Shown here: piece by piece, positions 32,956-44,346 of the stretch
Layout of the letters: each line of letters opens with the position of its first letter
Position numbering within the stretch: the first letter of the stretch is position 1
Assembly (NCBI GenBank): GCA_947245515.1
Contig: CAMXQV010000006.1
Span: 1 to 54,593, forward strand
Length of the DNA: 54,593 nt
DNA from: an uncultured Clostridium sp.
Lineage (GTDB): Bacteria > Bacillota > Clostridia > TANB77 > CAG-508
Direction: 5' to 3'
Notes under the pieces: model-generated
Database searches by the model: none
What the model saw: the letters and a program-made list of their open reading frames with translations, nothing else
What the model was told of the DNA's origin: nothing
Position numbers and translations under genes: made by a program

Positions 32956-33732
32956 ATGGAAAATGCATCAAAAGCGTTAATAATAGTAGGAAGTGTATTA
33001 ATAGCTTTAATGGTTATAGGAGCTTTAGTACTTATGTTTAGTAATTTGTCCTCTTATCAACAGTTTAGTGATGTAAATGTTAAAGATGAACAAATTGTAG
33101 AATTTAATAAACAATTTGAAACCTATAATAGACCTGATGTACGAGGAAGTGACTTATTTACTTTATGTAATAAAATAGTTGACTATAATAGAAGAAAATC
33201 AGAGGTAGGATTTGATAAGGATGAAGGGCAAGCTATAAAATTTCAACCTATGTCAATAACAATAAAATTTGTAAGCCAGGATAATTTACTTAAATTTACT
33301 TATGATAACGAAATTAGATTATTTGATGGAATTTTAAAGAATTATAGTTTTGAATTAAAAGAAGAAAATTCAAATAAATTTGAAAGTAGCATAAGTAATA
33401 AAATCAGCATCTTAGAAGCAAATACAGAATATGGTGGAAAAGCTGGATTAGCTAATTTGGCTGCTGGAATAGGAAATTTATTTTTTAGCAATCCAAGTAG
33501 TGCAACAAGCTTACAAAAAACAAAAGCAGAAGAGTTATATTTTAAGAATACAAAGAATACAAAGACTTTTTATGAAATAAATAATAATAGTAATATTAAA
33601 AACGATATTTGTAGTTATTATGAATATATACAATTTAAAAGAGGGCATTTTAAATGCACAAAGGCAGAATATAGTAGTCAAACAGGAAGAATCCTTAGTT
33701 TAGAGTTTGAATTTACGGGGAAAATAGAATAA
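32956..33732 (+). CDS. pilin-like protein (MENASKAL family)
   Basis: MENASKALIIVGSVLIAL + hydrophobic helix + FNKQFETY motif; AAGGAGG RBS. Confidence 0.6.
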   Translation: MENASKALIIVGSVLIALMVIGALVLMFSNLSSYQQFSDVNVKDEQIVEFNKQFETYNRPDVRGSDLFTLCNKIVDYNRRKSEVGFDKDEGQAIKFQPMSITIKFVSQDNLLKFTYDNEIRLFDGILKNYSFELKEENSNKFESSISNKISILEANTEYGGKAGLANLAAGIGNLFFSNPSSATSLQKTKAEELYFKNTKNTKTFYEINNNSNIKNDICSYYEYIQFKRGHFKCTKAEYSSQTGRILSLEFEFTGKIE

Positions 33733-33753
33733 AAAATAATAGGAGTAAGGAAT

Positions 33754-34209
33754 ATGGAAAATGCATCAAAAGCATTATTGCTGGCAGCAAGTGTATTAAT
33801 TGGAATACTAGTATTATCAGTTGCAGTATATATATTTTTATCCTTTGGTGCATCAGCCAAGCAAATACATAGCGAAATAGATACAAACAGATTAAATGAA
33901 TTTAATACACAATTTACAGCCTATGAATTAAAAGAAGAAAATACAATATATGACATTATTACAGTTGTAAATTTAGCAAAAGACAATAATGAATATTATG
34001 GACTTAAAAATAAAGAAAATAATAATCTATATATAAGTGTAATACTTGAAACTTCACCAGTAGAAAATAGCTCAAAGGAAAATTTACAACAATTAATAGA
34101 AAAGGATATGAGTGAAATTGATACAAATTATAAATTACCTTCATATTCATGTACTGTAACAATAAATAAGGTAGGTAGAGTTAGTGAAGTGAAGTTTACT
34201 AAAAAATAA
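33754..34209 (+). CDS. pilin-like protein (MENASKAL family)
   Basis: MENASKALLLAASVLIGI...FNTQFTAYE. Confidence 0.6.
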   Translation: MENASKALLLAASVLIGILVLSVAVYIFLSFGASAKQIHSEIDTNRLNEFNTQFTAYELKEENTIYDIITVVNLAKDNNEYYGLKNKENNNLYISVILETSPVENSSKENLQQLIEKDMSEIDTNYKLPSYSCTVTINKVGRVSEVKFTKK

Positions 34210-34292
34210 CAAAATAATAAAAAATATAAAAAAATATTACAACATATTGTAAAAAACTTAGAAAAATGATATAATTAAAAAAGGATAAGAAG

Positions 34293-34724
34293 ATGAAAAA
34301 AATAGCTTTGTTTTTCTTAATAATAGTAATTATTATTGTAGGAATGTCATACATGTATTTAAATTATAAAGCAGAAATTAATAATGCGAAAAAAGATAAT
34401 ATGCAATACGAAAGTTATTATAATAAAGAAATATTAGGAACAGAACTTACTACAATAATAAATAAAGCAATTGATAATAATGAAATAAAGGAAATTCAAA
34501 AAGATGAAAACGGAATTTATATTAATAATGATAAGAATTCCATAAATATAGATATAAAAATAATAGACAATGATAAGACCTATAATATGGAAACTTTATT
34601 TGTTGGTGGGATGTATAATTTTGTAAAATTTTATGGGCAAATAAAGTTTAAAGGCACAAAAATAGAATATCATAAAGCTACTAATAAAGTAAAATATCTG
34701 TTATTTGAACAAATTACAGAATAA
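34293..34724 (+). CDS. pilin-like paralog lacking the MENASKAL leader
   Basis: TM helix, then NMQYESYYNKEILGTELTTIINKAIDNN, matching the paralog core. Confidence 0.55.
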   Translation: MKKIALFFLIIVIIIVGMSYMYLNYKAEINNAKKDNMQYESYYNKEILGTELTTIINKAIDNNEIKEIQKDENGIYINNDKNSINIDIKIIDNDKTYNMETLFVGGMYNFVKFYGQIKFKGTKIEYHKATNKVKYLLFEQITE

Positions 34725-34800
34725 TAAAGTTATTAAATTTTACTAACATATAATTAGTAATATATATATAAACAAAAGTAAAATTAAGGAGGAAAAAGAT

Positions 34801-35214
34801 ATGGAGAATGCGTCAAAAGCGTTAATTATTGCAGGAGCAATATTAATTTCAATTTTAATTATAACTTTAGCAATTTTAGTTTTTGGTCAAGCTAAAGGAG
34901 CTATGGATGGAAATGCAATGAGCAGTTTTGAGATAGAGCAATTTAATCAAAGATTTACACAGTTTGAAGGTACAAGAGTAAGAGGAGCAACAGTAAATTC
35001 TATGTTATCAACAATATTAGCTAATAACATATCAGCTGATGATGATAGTAGAAAAATAAGTGTTTCTGGTGCTATAACAATGAATGCTACTGATAATGGT
35101 TTACCAACGACGAAAGCAAATACAGGTGCTATTTATAAGGTAGAATGTAAATTTTCCGATACAGGAGCAAATAGGGGTTTAGTTAAGGAAATAGCAGTTA
35201 CTAAAGTTCCTTAG
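34801..35214 (+). CDS. pilin-like protein (MENASKAL family), candidate major subunit
   Basis: MENASKALIIAGAILISI...FNQRFTQFEG; shortest paralog; AAGGAGG RBS. Confidence 0.6.
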   Translation: MENASKALIIAGAILISILIITLAILVFGQAKGAMDGNAMSSFEIEQFNQRFTQFEGTRVRGATVNSMLSTILANNISADDDSRKISVSGAITMNATDNGLPTTKANTGAIYKVECKFSDTGANRGLVKEIAVTKVP

Positions 35215-35233
35215 AGATGAGTGGTGAAATACT

Positions 35234-35848
35234 ATGGAAAATGTAGCAGATGCTCTAAAATTAGGAGCAGCAGTTTTAATATTTGTAATGGCGTTAACTA
35301 TTAGTATTAACGCCTTTACAGAAGCAAGACAAACTTCACAATTAATATTAGACTATAAGGATAGAGAGTATGATTTACCTTTAGCTGATAGATACTTTGA
35401 AGATAATGGAACAACAGAAAGAATTGTTAAAGGAGAAGCAATTCTTCCAGCAATATATAAAGCCTATACAGAAAATTATAAAATAGTTTTTGAAAATATG
35501 GGGAGTAATTTTTTATATGAAAAAAAAGATAATTCTTATATGTGGCAAGAAATAAGCTATATAGATTTAAGAAAAGAAGCTTTAGCAAGTGTAAATCAAC
35601 GTAAGCAATTTTTACAAGGAATTTTATATGGAATAAATAGTTTTGGAACTCAAGTTAACAGTATAAGAAAAGAGTATGAAAACTTAGGAATTAAATTTAC
35701 TGAAAACGGGATTTTTGAACAAATAGAAAATAGTAAATTTATTGAAAAATTAGGTGTATACTATGAACAAGATACTTATGAAGATAGTAGTACACCAACA
35801 GCAAACTATGATAAAAAGAGAATAATAACATATTCTAAAATACCATAA
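35234..35848 (+). CDS. pilin-like protein (MENVADAL variant)
   Basis: MENVADALKLGAAVLIFVMALTI hydrophobic N-terminus. Confidence 0.55.
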   Translation: MENVADALKLGAAVLIFVMALTISINAFTEARQTSQLILDYKDREYDLPLADRYFEDNGTTERIVKGEAILPAIYKAYTENYKIVFENMGSNFLYEKKDNSYMWQEISYIDLRKEALASVNQRKQFLQGILYGINSFGTQVNSIRKEYENLGIKFTENGIFEQIENSKFIEKLGVYYEQDTYEDSSTPTANYDKKRIITYSKIP

Positions 35849-35881
35849 AGAAGAGGATGTGTTAATAAGAAGGAGGATTAA

Positions 35882-36412
35882 ATGGGTGATTCATTAATTA
35901 CAGTAGTTGCAATAGCCTTAGCTGCAGTTTTGATGTTTGTATTTCCGTTAATGACGATGACAGACAGAACAGATGACATATCACAATTAACAGTAAGTAC
36001 AGCAACAACAGAATTTGTAGATGATGTTAGAACTACGGGAAAACTTACAAGCGATAAATATGGAAAATTTGTAGAGAATATCTCTTCAACAGGAAACACA
36101 TATGATGTAGAAATGGAATTGAAAGTATTAGATGAAAATCCAGGTAAAAAAACAACACAAGCCAAAGCTACAAAAATAGGAGAAAATGTATATTATTCTT
36201 GGTATACTTCACAAATCTTAGACAGTCTTGAAACAGAAGGAGCTGTATTAGCTTTAAAAGAAGGAGATATATTTTCTACTAGTGTAAAAAATACAAATAA
36301 TACAATAGGGCAACAATTAAAAAACTTCTTCTATTCAGTAACAGGAAATGATTCATATTCTATTGCAGCAGAACATGCTGGAATTGTAACAGCAAATGGT
36401 ACAGGAAAATAG
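35882..36412 (+). CDS. TadE/pseudopilin-like protein
   Basis: MGDSLITVVAIALAAVLMFVFPL N-terminal helix; locus context. Confidence 0.5.
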   Translation: MGDSLITVVAIALAAVLMFVFPLMTMTDRTDDISQLTVSTATTEFVDDVRTTGKLTSDKYGKFVENISSTGNTYDVEMELKVLDENPGKKTTQAKATKIGENVYYSWYTSQILDSLETEGAVLALKEGDIFSTSVKNTNNTIGQQLKNFFYSVTGNDSYSIAAEHAGIVTANGTGK

Positions 36413-36427
36413 AGATATACATATATA

Positions 36428-36454
36428 AAGCTTGTAATATTTTATTACAAGCTT
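36428..36454 (+). terminator. hairpin after the pilin cluster
   Basis: AAGCTTGTAATA-TTT-TATTACAAGCTT. Confidence 0.55.
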
Positions 36455-36455
36455 A

Positions 36456-36593
36456 TTTATACAATAGTAAAGTCATACTTTCCTATTGTATAAAAGATAC
36501 AATCGCTAGCCCTTTGAGATTTTCTCCTTACAGTCGAAAACTCAAATCGGGCGAGAACAAATTAAAGAAAATCAAAGATTTTCTTATTTGTTC
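36456..36593. repeat. structured intergenic repeat family A, copy 2
   Basis: Homologous to 12324-12465, with compensatory base changes in the stems. Confidence 0.85.
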
Positions 36594-36663
36594 ATAAAAA
36601 GGAAAAGGTTAAAGTTGAAAAATAATTTAATTCTTTTCCAACCAGATTTGTGCCTTAGGAAGG

Positions 36664-38320
36664 ATGAAATTAAAGATGAAAATACAAAGTTTAGCTGTAA
36701 TATTTATAATAATAATATTACCAATTTCTATAACATTAAGTTCATATACCAAAAGTCAGATGAAAACCTTAAACTTACAAATTTCATATGACTCAAAATT
36801 AGACAATGCAACCTATGATGCTTTAAAAGCCTTCCAATTAAATACAAAAAATAGTACAACTTCTGATATATCTAATTCAAAATTAAGAGATATAGAAGCA
36901 GCAGCAAATACCTTTTTTAATTCAATTTCTAGTAATTTTAATATGGTAGGATATAATCAAGAGGTATTAAAAACTTTTGTACCAGCACTTGTTTTTACTA
37001 TGTATGATGGGTATTATATTTATTCACCATATACAAATCATTTAGAAAGTCTAACAGAGGAAGAGAAAGATAAATTAAATAATAATCCAGAAACTACCTA
37101 TAAGGATAAAGATAAGATAACTGGATTAAAGCCATATATTCATTATAGTTGTAGATATATAAAAGATAATATTGATGTTGTAATAACTTATTCTTTAGAA
37201 AATTATATAACTGTATATGGAAAAGTTCGGAAATAAGGCAATTTATGATTATGGATATTTACTAGATAATATTGAAGTAAGTGGAGAAAATGTAAGATAT
37301 CGAGACATCAATATAGATTCTGAAAACTTGAAGCAATTTATTAATAAAGATAAAGAAACTAATTATGTTAAAATAAATGGAACAAAGTATTATAAAGATG
37401 ACGATGGTTCATGGTATTCCTTTTTAAATGGAGAAAAAATAAAGACAGATATGATATATAAAGACAATAATGAAGCTGCTAAACAATATTATAAAGATGC
37501 TAAGAATTTTACTGATAAATTTAGAAGTTATGGATTTGATAAGTTAACTGGTAAAGATGCTGTAGATAATAATGGAAATTCACTAGAACAAGTCTTTGGT
37601 AACAAGAAGATTTTCGATTTTGGAAATAAAAATACTGGTTCAATAGAAGATTCAGATTCTGATTTTAATCAACATAGATTAGCTGTAATAAGATATACAA
37701 TTGAAAGTAATTTATCAATAGCAATAGCAAATTACAACAATTATTCTAGTGTAACTACAAATTTTCAAATGCCAACTTTAAAAGAAGATGAATGGACAAA
37801 GATAATTAATAATGTATCAATTATAAGTTTTATGCAAGGTTTAAATATAGGTGGTAAAGTATATAATGGTTATTCTATAATAACAAATACAAAAAATGAC
37901 GAAGTAGTAACTGATGAGTCAATATATCTTATAGATGCCGAATATTTTTATAAACCTACTGATAGTACATTAGATCCTTCTAAATTTTATAATGGTATAT
38001 TAAATACTGATTTTGAAAGGAAAATAGTAGTAGAGCCAAGTGGGGAAGAAGAAGAATATTATTTTCCAAAAAAACAAAAGGGAAGTTATTCAAGTATAGT
38101 TAACCACTTTGGGGATAATAACATAGAAAATGAAACTTATAATAATAATTTATATAAATATATTGATGTTATAGGAGGAAATATTGCTAAAGCATATTAT
38201 ACAGCCTTAGGAAGAGAGAGATATAGTATGTATAAAGCTAATACTAATACTGATAGAACCACTATTGGAACTGAAAGAAGGTATGAAGATTCAGGTTTAC
38301 AAAAAGCTTATAATAATTAA
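36664..38320 (+). CDS. membrane-anchored pilus-locus protein, ~551 aa, needing a +1 shift at CGG 37228
   Basis: N-terminal TM helix, YDGYYIYSP motif. GTT-CGG-AAA-TAA joins the two track ORFs as VYGKV-GNKAIYDYG. Confidence 0.65.
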
Positions 38321-38403
38321 AAATTAATATTATAATTAAAACTTTTTTGAATATGAAGATAAAAAAAGTAAATACTAATAATATAAAAATTAAGGAGAGA
38401 AAA

Positions 38404-39648
38404 ATGCAAAAGAAAGTAGCAAATACTCTTAAAAAGATATTATTAGTATTTTTTTTAATTATAATATATTCCTATACTTTATTAATAACAAACTTACCAG
38501 ATGAAGTTGTAGTATTTGAAGGAGAAAAGATATCGCTAAAAACCTTATTAGGTATTGATATAAAAACAAAGAGAGAAAATACAATAGAAGCACTTTCAAA
38601 TAATAACAAAGCCTTAACTAATACTGCTGGTAAAGCAAAGCTAGAAGTTAGCCTATTTGAAAGATTTAATTTGAAAAATGTAAAGGTAGATATATTACCT
38701 AGAACTAAAGTAATACCAGTTGGAAATATAGCTGGTGTGAAACTTTATACAAATGGTGTATTAGTTGTAGGAATGTCAGAAATAGAAGGATTAGATAAAA
38801 AGAAATATAAGCCATATGCTAATAGTGGGATAAAAGAAGGGGATACAATAGTAGAAGTAAATGAACAACAAGTAACATCAACAGAAGCTTTAATTGAAAC
38901 TGTAAATGAGTCACATGGAAAAGATTTAAAAATCAAGTATGTTCATGAAGAACATACAAAGGAATGTAGTATAGTACCAGTAAAAACAAAGGATAGACAA
39001 TATAAGTTAGGCTTATGGGTAAGAGATAGTGCAGCTGGTGTAGGAACAGTAAGTTTTTATGAACCTTCAAGTAAAACCTTTGGAGCCTTAGGCCATGGAA
39101 TAACTGATATTGATACAAATGAATTAATAAATATAGCTTCAGGCGAATTTGTGACTACAAGAATCTTGAGTATAACAAAAGGACAAAGTGGAAATCCAGG
39201 GAAAATACAAGGTACTGTAGAAAATCAATCGAATATAGGAAAGATATTTAAAAATAGTAAATTTGGAATTTATGGAAAAGTAGATAATTTATCTAGTCTA
39301 AAGGTAGATACATCAAAGGAAATGGAGGTTGCTTTAAGAGAAGAAATAAAAACGGGAAAAGCAACTATCTTATGTAGTTTAGATAATGAAAAGCCACAAG
39401 AGTATGAAATAGAAATAGAAAAGCTTTATAAAGAAAATAATTATGATAATAAAAGTATGCAAATAAAAGTGACTGATCAAAAATTGTTGGAGAAAACTGG
39501 TGGAATAATTCAAGGTATGTCAGGTTCTCCTATTATTCAAAATGGAAAGTTTATTGGTGCTATAACACATGTTCTAGTGAAGGATCCAACTAAAGGATAT
39601 GCAGTTTTTGGAGATATAATGCTAAAACAATCAAAAGAAGTTAACTAA
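38404..39648 (+). CDS. spoIVB: SpoIVB peptidase (S55)
   Basis: PDZ region, LGLWVRDSAAGVGT, GALGHGITDIDT, TGGIIQGMSGSPIIQNGK; AAGGAG RBS before ATG 38404. Confidence 0.93.
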   Translation: MQKKVANTLKKILLVFFLIIIYSYTLLITNLPDEVVVFEGEKISLKTLLGIDIKTKRENTIEALSNNNKALTNTAGKAKLEVSLFERFNLKNVKVDILPRTKVIPVGNIAGVKLYTNGVLVVGMSEIEGLDKKKYKPYANSGIKEGDTIVEVNEQQVTSTEALIETVNESHGKDLKIKYVHEEHTKECSIVPVKTKDRQYKLGLWVRDSAAGVGTVSFYEPSSKTFGALGHGITDIDTNELINIASGEFVTTRILSITKGQSGNPGKIQGTVENQSNIGKIFKNSKFGIYGKVDNLSSLKVDTSKEMEVALREEIKTGKATILCSLDNEKPQEYEIEIEKLYKENNYDNKSMQIKVTDQKLLEKTGGIIQGMSGSPIIQNGKFIGAITHVLVKDPTKGYAVFGDIMLKQSKEVN

Positions 39649-39782
39649 TTAATATTCATTTTTGTATAAAAGGCTTAAAAATAAAAATATTTTTATTTTT
39701 GTGTTTAAGTCTTTTTTGTGTAAGAAATTTTAAAAAATAATATACAAATAAAAGTAGGTATGTTATAATAAATAAAAAATAT

Positions 39783-39857
39783 TGGGGTGTCGCCAAGTGG
39801 TAAGGCAATCGGCTCTGACCCGATCATTCGTAAGTTCGAATCTTACCACCCCAGCCA
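39783..39857 (+). tRNA. tRNA-Gln (CTG)
   Basis: Acceptor TGGGGTG/CACCCCA, D arm GCCAAGTGGTAAGGC, anticodon arm ATCGG-CTCTGAC-CCGAT, G discriminator + CCA. Confidence 0.92.
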
Positions 39858-40196
39858 GTAATTATTCTGTAAATGTAAGCACATTAGATAATACATTTGC
39901 AGATTTATTTTTTGTATCTTTTTCTGAATGAGCATAAATATTAGCAGTAGTATTATAATTAGAATGTGCACACCTTTTGAGATTACAAACTTGCCGATTA
40001 AACCCTAAAAATATTAAAATTCTATAAGATAAGTTCCAAAAATATCAAAAAAAGTCATAAATAAGCGAAAAAAGATTGCCTCGTATGTGCATCTAAAAAT
40101 AAAGTTATGCATCTGTTAAAAACCTCGTTTTTAAGCTGTCTTGGAGCGATTTGAGAGTCGCCCTCTTCCTGCAAAAATTGTGAAACAATTTTTGAC

Positions 40197-41342
40197 TTAG
40201 AAAAACAGAGAAGAGTCTATTATGCTTATTGCATCACAATAATATTTAGCAAACTTTAAGTTTCTAAATTCACCAGCAATTTTCAATTTTGTCTTTATTT
40301 TTCTCAATCCTCGTTCTGCTAAATTATTTGTGAACTCTATTCTAAAATCAGTTAAAAATCTTAAATGATCATCTACATACTCTCTTAATCTTGATTTTAA
40401 ACATCTTTCACTGTCATAATATTGTTCTTTTTCTTTATCGTATTCTTTCTTAAATTCTTCATCCAAAATGTCTAACAATTCTAGATATTTTGCTTTTGCT
40501 GTTTCATACTCAATATCTGTAAAGCATGTTTTTTCTTGTAATTTATACTCTTCTACTTTATCTCTTAATTCTAAAAGATAGTCCATAAATTCTTTTATAA
40601 TTTCTCTTTTATGTACTTCATATTCTGCTTTACAATATCTTAGTATATGAAAGTTACATTCTGCTTGTTTTGATTGAGGAAATGATAAGTGTATTTTATT
40701 GTGGTCATGGCATACTGTTCCTTGGCACATTTTTATTTTGTTATCGCTTATTAAACCTAAAAGCTCAGCCGTCTTTTGGTTTTGTATATTACAGTATGTA
40801 TTTAAATATACTACTAATGCTTTTATTCCTTCATCATAATTAACTATACTATTTACACTATTAGGAAATTTAGGCATATGTTCTTTTCCGCAACATGGAC
40901 ATTTTGTTTTCTTTCCTACATATTGTGTTGTATGTACAATTACTTCAAGTGATATTAAGTCTCTTGCAATTTCTTCTTTTTCTATTGTTTTGCATCCACA
41001 TGTACATGTGGCTACTTTTGATACAGTAATGGTTTTATCTGGTGTTTTAGTTACAGTCGGTGCTGACCTAACATGTCCTTTTTCTCTGCCAGGTTTTCTT
41101 CCTGATTTTACACGATTATTTTGTACAACTTTTTTAAAACCATTTGTAGAAGATGGTTTTAGACTATTACTACTGTTCTTTCCTAAGCTGATTCTCGCAA
41201 GCTCGAATTTTTCTTCGTATATCTTGAGTTTTTTTTTGAGTTCTTTGTTCTCTAATCTTAAAGTTTCGCATTCTCCACCATAATTGTTTTTATCTAAGTC
41301 ATGAATAACTTCAGCCTGTTGTTTGTTTTGTTGTTTTAACAA
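40197..41342 (-). pseudogene. IS66-family transposase remnant
   Basis: KNSSNSLKPSS, RKPGREKGH, zinc finger CTCG...CPCCG, ECNFHILR, FTNNLAERGLRKIK. No clear start, and the central part seems deleted (GTV runs directly into CHDH). Confidence 0.75.
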
Positions 41343-41580
41343 TTCAATATCTCATACAGCAGTAAGAAATATAGTGTTAAAGTTAGGAGAAAAGATAAAA
41401 AAATTAGAAGAAGAAAAAATAAAACTGTATGAAGAAGGAAAAATTAAAGGAGAAAAAGAAACACAATATATATTCTGTGAACACGATGGAATATATATAT
41501 AAAAGCAGAAATCAAAAAAACACAAGGATATGTAGGAAGATATGAAATAGCAAATAACTTTACAGGACGAGCAAAACAAC
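41341..41580 (+). pseudogene. ISLre2/UPF0236-like transposase fragment
   Basis: + strand reads ISHTAVRNIVLKLGEKI...YIFCEHDGIYI* with an internal stop; resembles the E-x-D-G motif of ISLre2 transposases. Confidence 0.55.
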
Positions 41581-41971
41581 ATGTACTAGATGTATTGAGA
41601 GACAAAAAATGTAGTGAATTAATGTTAATAAACTAAAGAAAAAAGGTCAAAAAATATAGTAAATTTGGCTTATTAAGGTTGAATTTTAATAAAAAGTATA
41701 GTAAACTAAATGTAGTTTAAATCAAAGAAAATTTAATCAAATTATAACTTAGAGCTTAAAAATATTGAAATCTATGGGATTCCACAGTTAAAAAAACTCA
41801 TACAGTCTTGTCGATTTGGTGGATTTTTTAGGCTATATATGATAAAATAAATATAATAGATTAGTAGTAGAAAAGATGAAAAAAGAATTATAAAAGTATA
41901 TTACATAAGAGCAAAGCCAAATAATACAGATTTGACAAATTAAAAACTAGAAATACAAAAGTGGAGGAATA

Positions 41972-44033
41972 ATGAATACAGAGGATTTAATAAAATTATT
42001 AGAAGAAACAGAGGATAAATTAAGCATATTTGTTAGTGAAGAAACCTTTAATAAATATGAAATTAGTATTGTAGAACTTTTAGATTTAATTAGTGAGTTT
42101 TTAAAAGACGAAGAAATTTTAAAACTATTTAACTATTCATATTTTTTGGAACTTGATGGTTGGACAAAAAGTGATATTATAGGGTTTATTTCCAAAGAAA
42201 ATGTATTATTACAAATAATAAATAATGACAATATTATGAATGGGATTGATAAATATCAAATAATTGATATTATAAAGAGACTAAGTGATGCTGAAAAACA
42301 AAAAATTTTATACAACCAAAATTTTATAGAAAAGTACCAAATTGTCGATAGCGATTTTGAAGATATTATTTCTAGTTTAATTGAGGAAGCAAAAATAGAA
42401 GTATTAAGGAATATAGACTTAACTACAAATAAACTACATTTAGCAAACTATAATCTTGTAGGCTTAGTAGAGAATTTATCAAGTAATGAAGCAAAATACG
42501 AACTACTTGAAATATATAAATTTGAAGATTATCAAATAACTAATATATTGAATACTATGGATATAAAAAGCATAAGTAAATTTGTAGGAGATAATAAAAA
42601 ATTTATAGATCTATTAGATAATAAAACACAAAAAGAGGTTATAGAAGATTTAGTAAATAGTAATTTACCAATAAAAGATAAAAGAGAAATACTAGCTTCA
42701 CTAAAAGTAGAAGTTAAACAAAGTCTTGATACAACTGATTATCCAGAAGAATTTAAAACTGCACTTAATATGAAAAAGGTAAGTAATGTTAGTAGAAATA
42801 TTATTTTAGATTTAGAAAAAGATCCAGAAGAATATTATGGATTAGATAATTTAATTAGTATAAATCCAGAAGAATACACAGAAGAACAAAGAAAAAAATT
42901 TATTAAAATTTGTGAAATTTGTTCTAACCTACAAGTAGAGAATACAGTGGATGATACTAAATATCTTTCAACTGCTAGAGAATATAAAGAAGCAGAAGAG
43001 TGGATAGATTCTATAATTAATAATTTAAAACCTGAATATACCAAAGCTCAAAAATTGGCTGTAATAGATAATGCAATAGGAAAAAAAATAAGTTATAGCC
43101 CTGATTTTGATACAGAAGTATATAATCCCAGAGAATCTAGAAGCTTATGGAAAATAATTAGTTCTGGCTATGGAGTTTGTAATGGAATAGCGAAAGTTGA
43201 ACAATATATCCTTAAGAGAGTTGGTATAGAAAGTGAGATAATAGGTAGTGGTCCACATGCATTTTTAAAAATTAAAGATATTGAACTTCCACTAGCAAAT
43301 GGTGAAATTGTAAAAGGTAATACTATAGTAGATCCAACTTGGAATTTAACGAGTAATAGATTTGGTGGAAAACCTAATAATTTTTGTATTAGCTATGAGC
43401 AAGCAAGAAAAAATGATGTTGATAGAAATGGTGTTGACAGTGAGTGTCACAAAAATGATGAAAAATTGCAAGATGCAATTTTAAATTTAGATGAGAAAAG
43501 TTTAAGACAATTATATACAAGTGTTGGCTTGGCAGATAGAAATGGTGAATTTCCATTAAAAGAATTAAAAGAAAAGTCAGTACTGTTGGATAAATACTAT
43601 GCAAATGAACCAGAACAAAATATTAATAAGCAATTTTTACTACTTTCAAAAGTCTGTCCCGAATTTGCAACATGCCAAAATTCAAGTATGAGTATTATAA
43701 GTGGTATACTATTATATAACAAAAATTTAAAATTTGAAAAATGCTGTGTAAATAGGGTATATGATAAAGCAGATAAAGAAAAAAGACCAGTTTTATATGT
43801 TTACATAGCTTCAAAAGAATTAGGAAAAAAGTTTTACTATGCAAATAAAGAAAATGGAAAGTTTGTAGAATTACCACAAGAAGAGTTTTTAGAAAAATTT
43901 GAATGCTATGATAAAGACTTAGAATTACATAAGCGGACTTAGACCATGGGAGATTGAAGAACAAGAAAAACAAGAGGTAGATTTATCAAAAAGTTCTGGT
44001 AAAATTGCAGCTAGTGAGGAGAGAGAAAGATGA
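41972..44033 (+). CDS. transglutaminase-like (Cys-His-Asp) domain protein, ~686 aa, needing a +1 shift at CGG 43934
   Basis: GYGVCNGIA, HAF, VDPTW catalytic triad. The shift adds GLRPWEIEEQ...ERER*, whose TGA overlaps the next ATG. Confidence 0.7.
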
Positions 44034-44254
44034 GTATTATAAAGAAAATGTTATTATGTATAAAAAATATATTTATAAAACAAGATAAAATAAAAGAATT
44101 ACCTGAGCCCAAGGTTATTACACAGCGTGAAAAAAAAGAGAATTTTATTGAAACTTTAAAGATAATTCCAATAGAAGAAATAATTGATAAAAAAATAGAG
44201 ACTTTAATCTGTAAAGGAGATGGACTAGGAATACAAAAGAAAATAACTTACTAG
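44030..44254 (+). CDS. small hypothetical protein
   Basis: GAGGAG upstream, ATGA overlap with the previous gene, C-terminal CKGDGLGIQKKITY. Confidence 0.6.
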   Translation: MSIIKKMLLCIKNIFIKQDKIKELPEPKVITQREKKENFIETLKIIPIEEIIDKKIETLICKGDGLGIQKKITY

Positions 44255-44346
44255 AAAATACATAATATTTTTGACAAAACGAACAGATTACTGATAAAAA
44301 ATACAAAAATAATTTAGTTAACCAGTTAATAATTTGGAGGAAACTA

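Noticed and set aside
36588-36791. 67-aa ORF overlapping the start of the 36664 gene
   Set aside because: TTG start inside the repeat element, no motif, and it overlaps a better gene that has an RBS.
39783-39857. tRNA-Gln as the CGG-recoding tRNA
   Set aside because: It has a normal 7-nt loop and CTG anticodon. The tRNA at 137-213 is also canonical (CAT).
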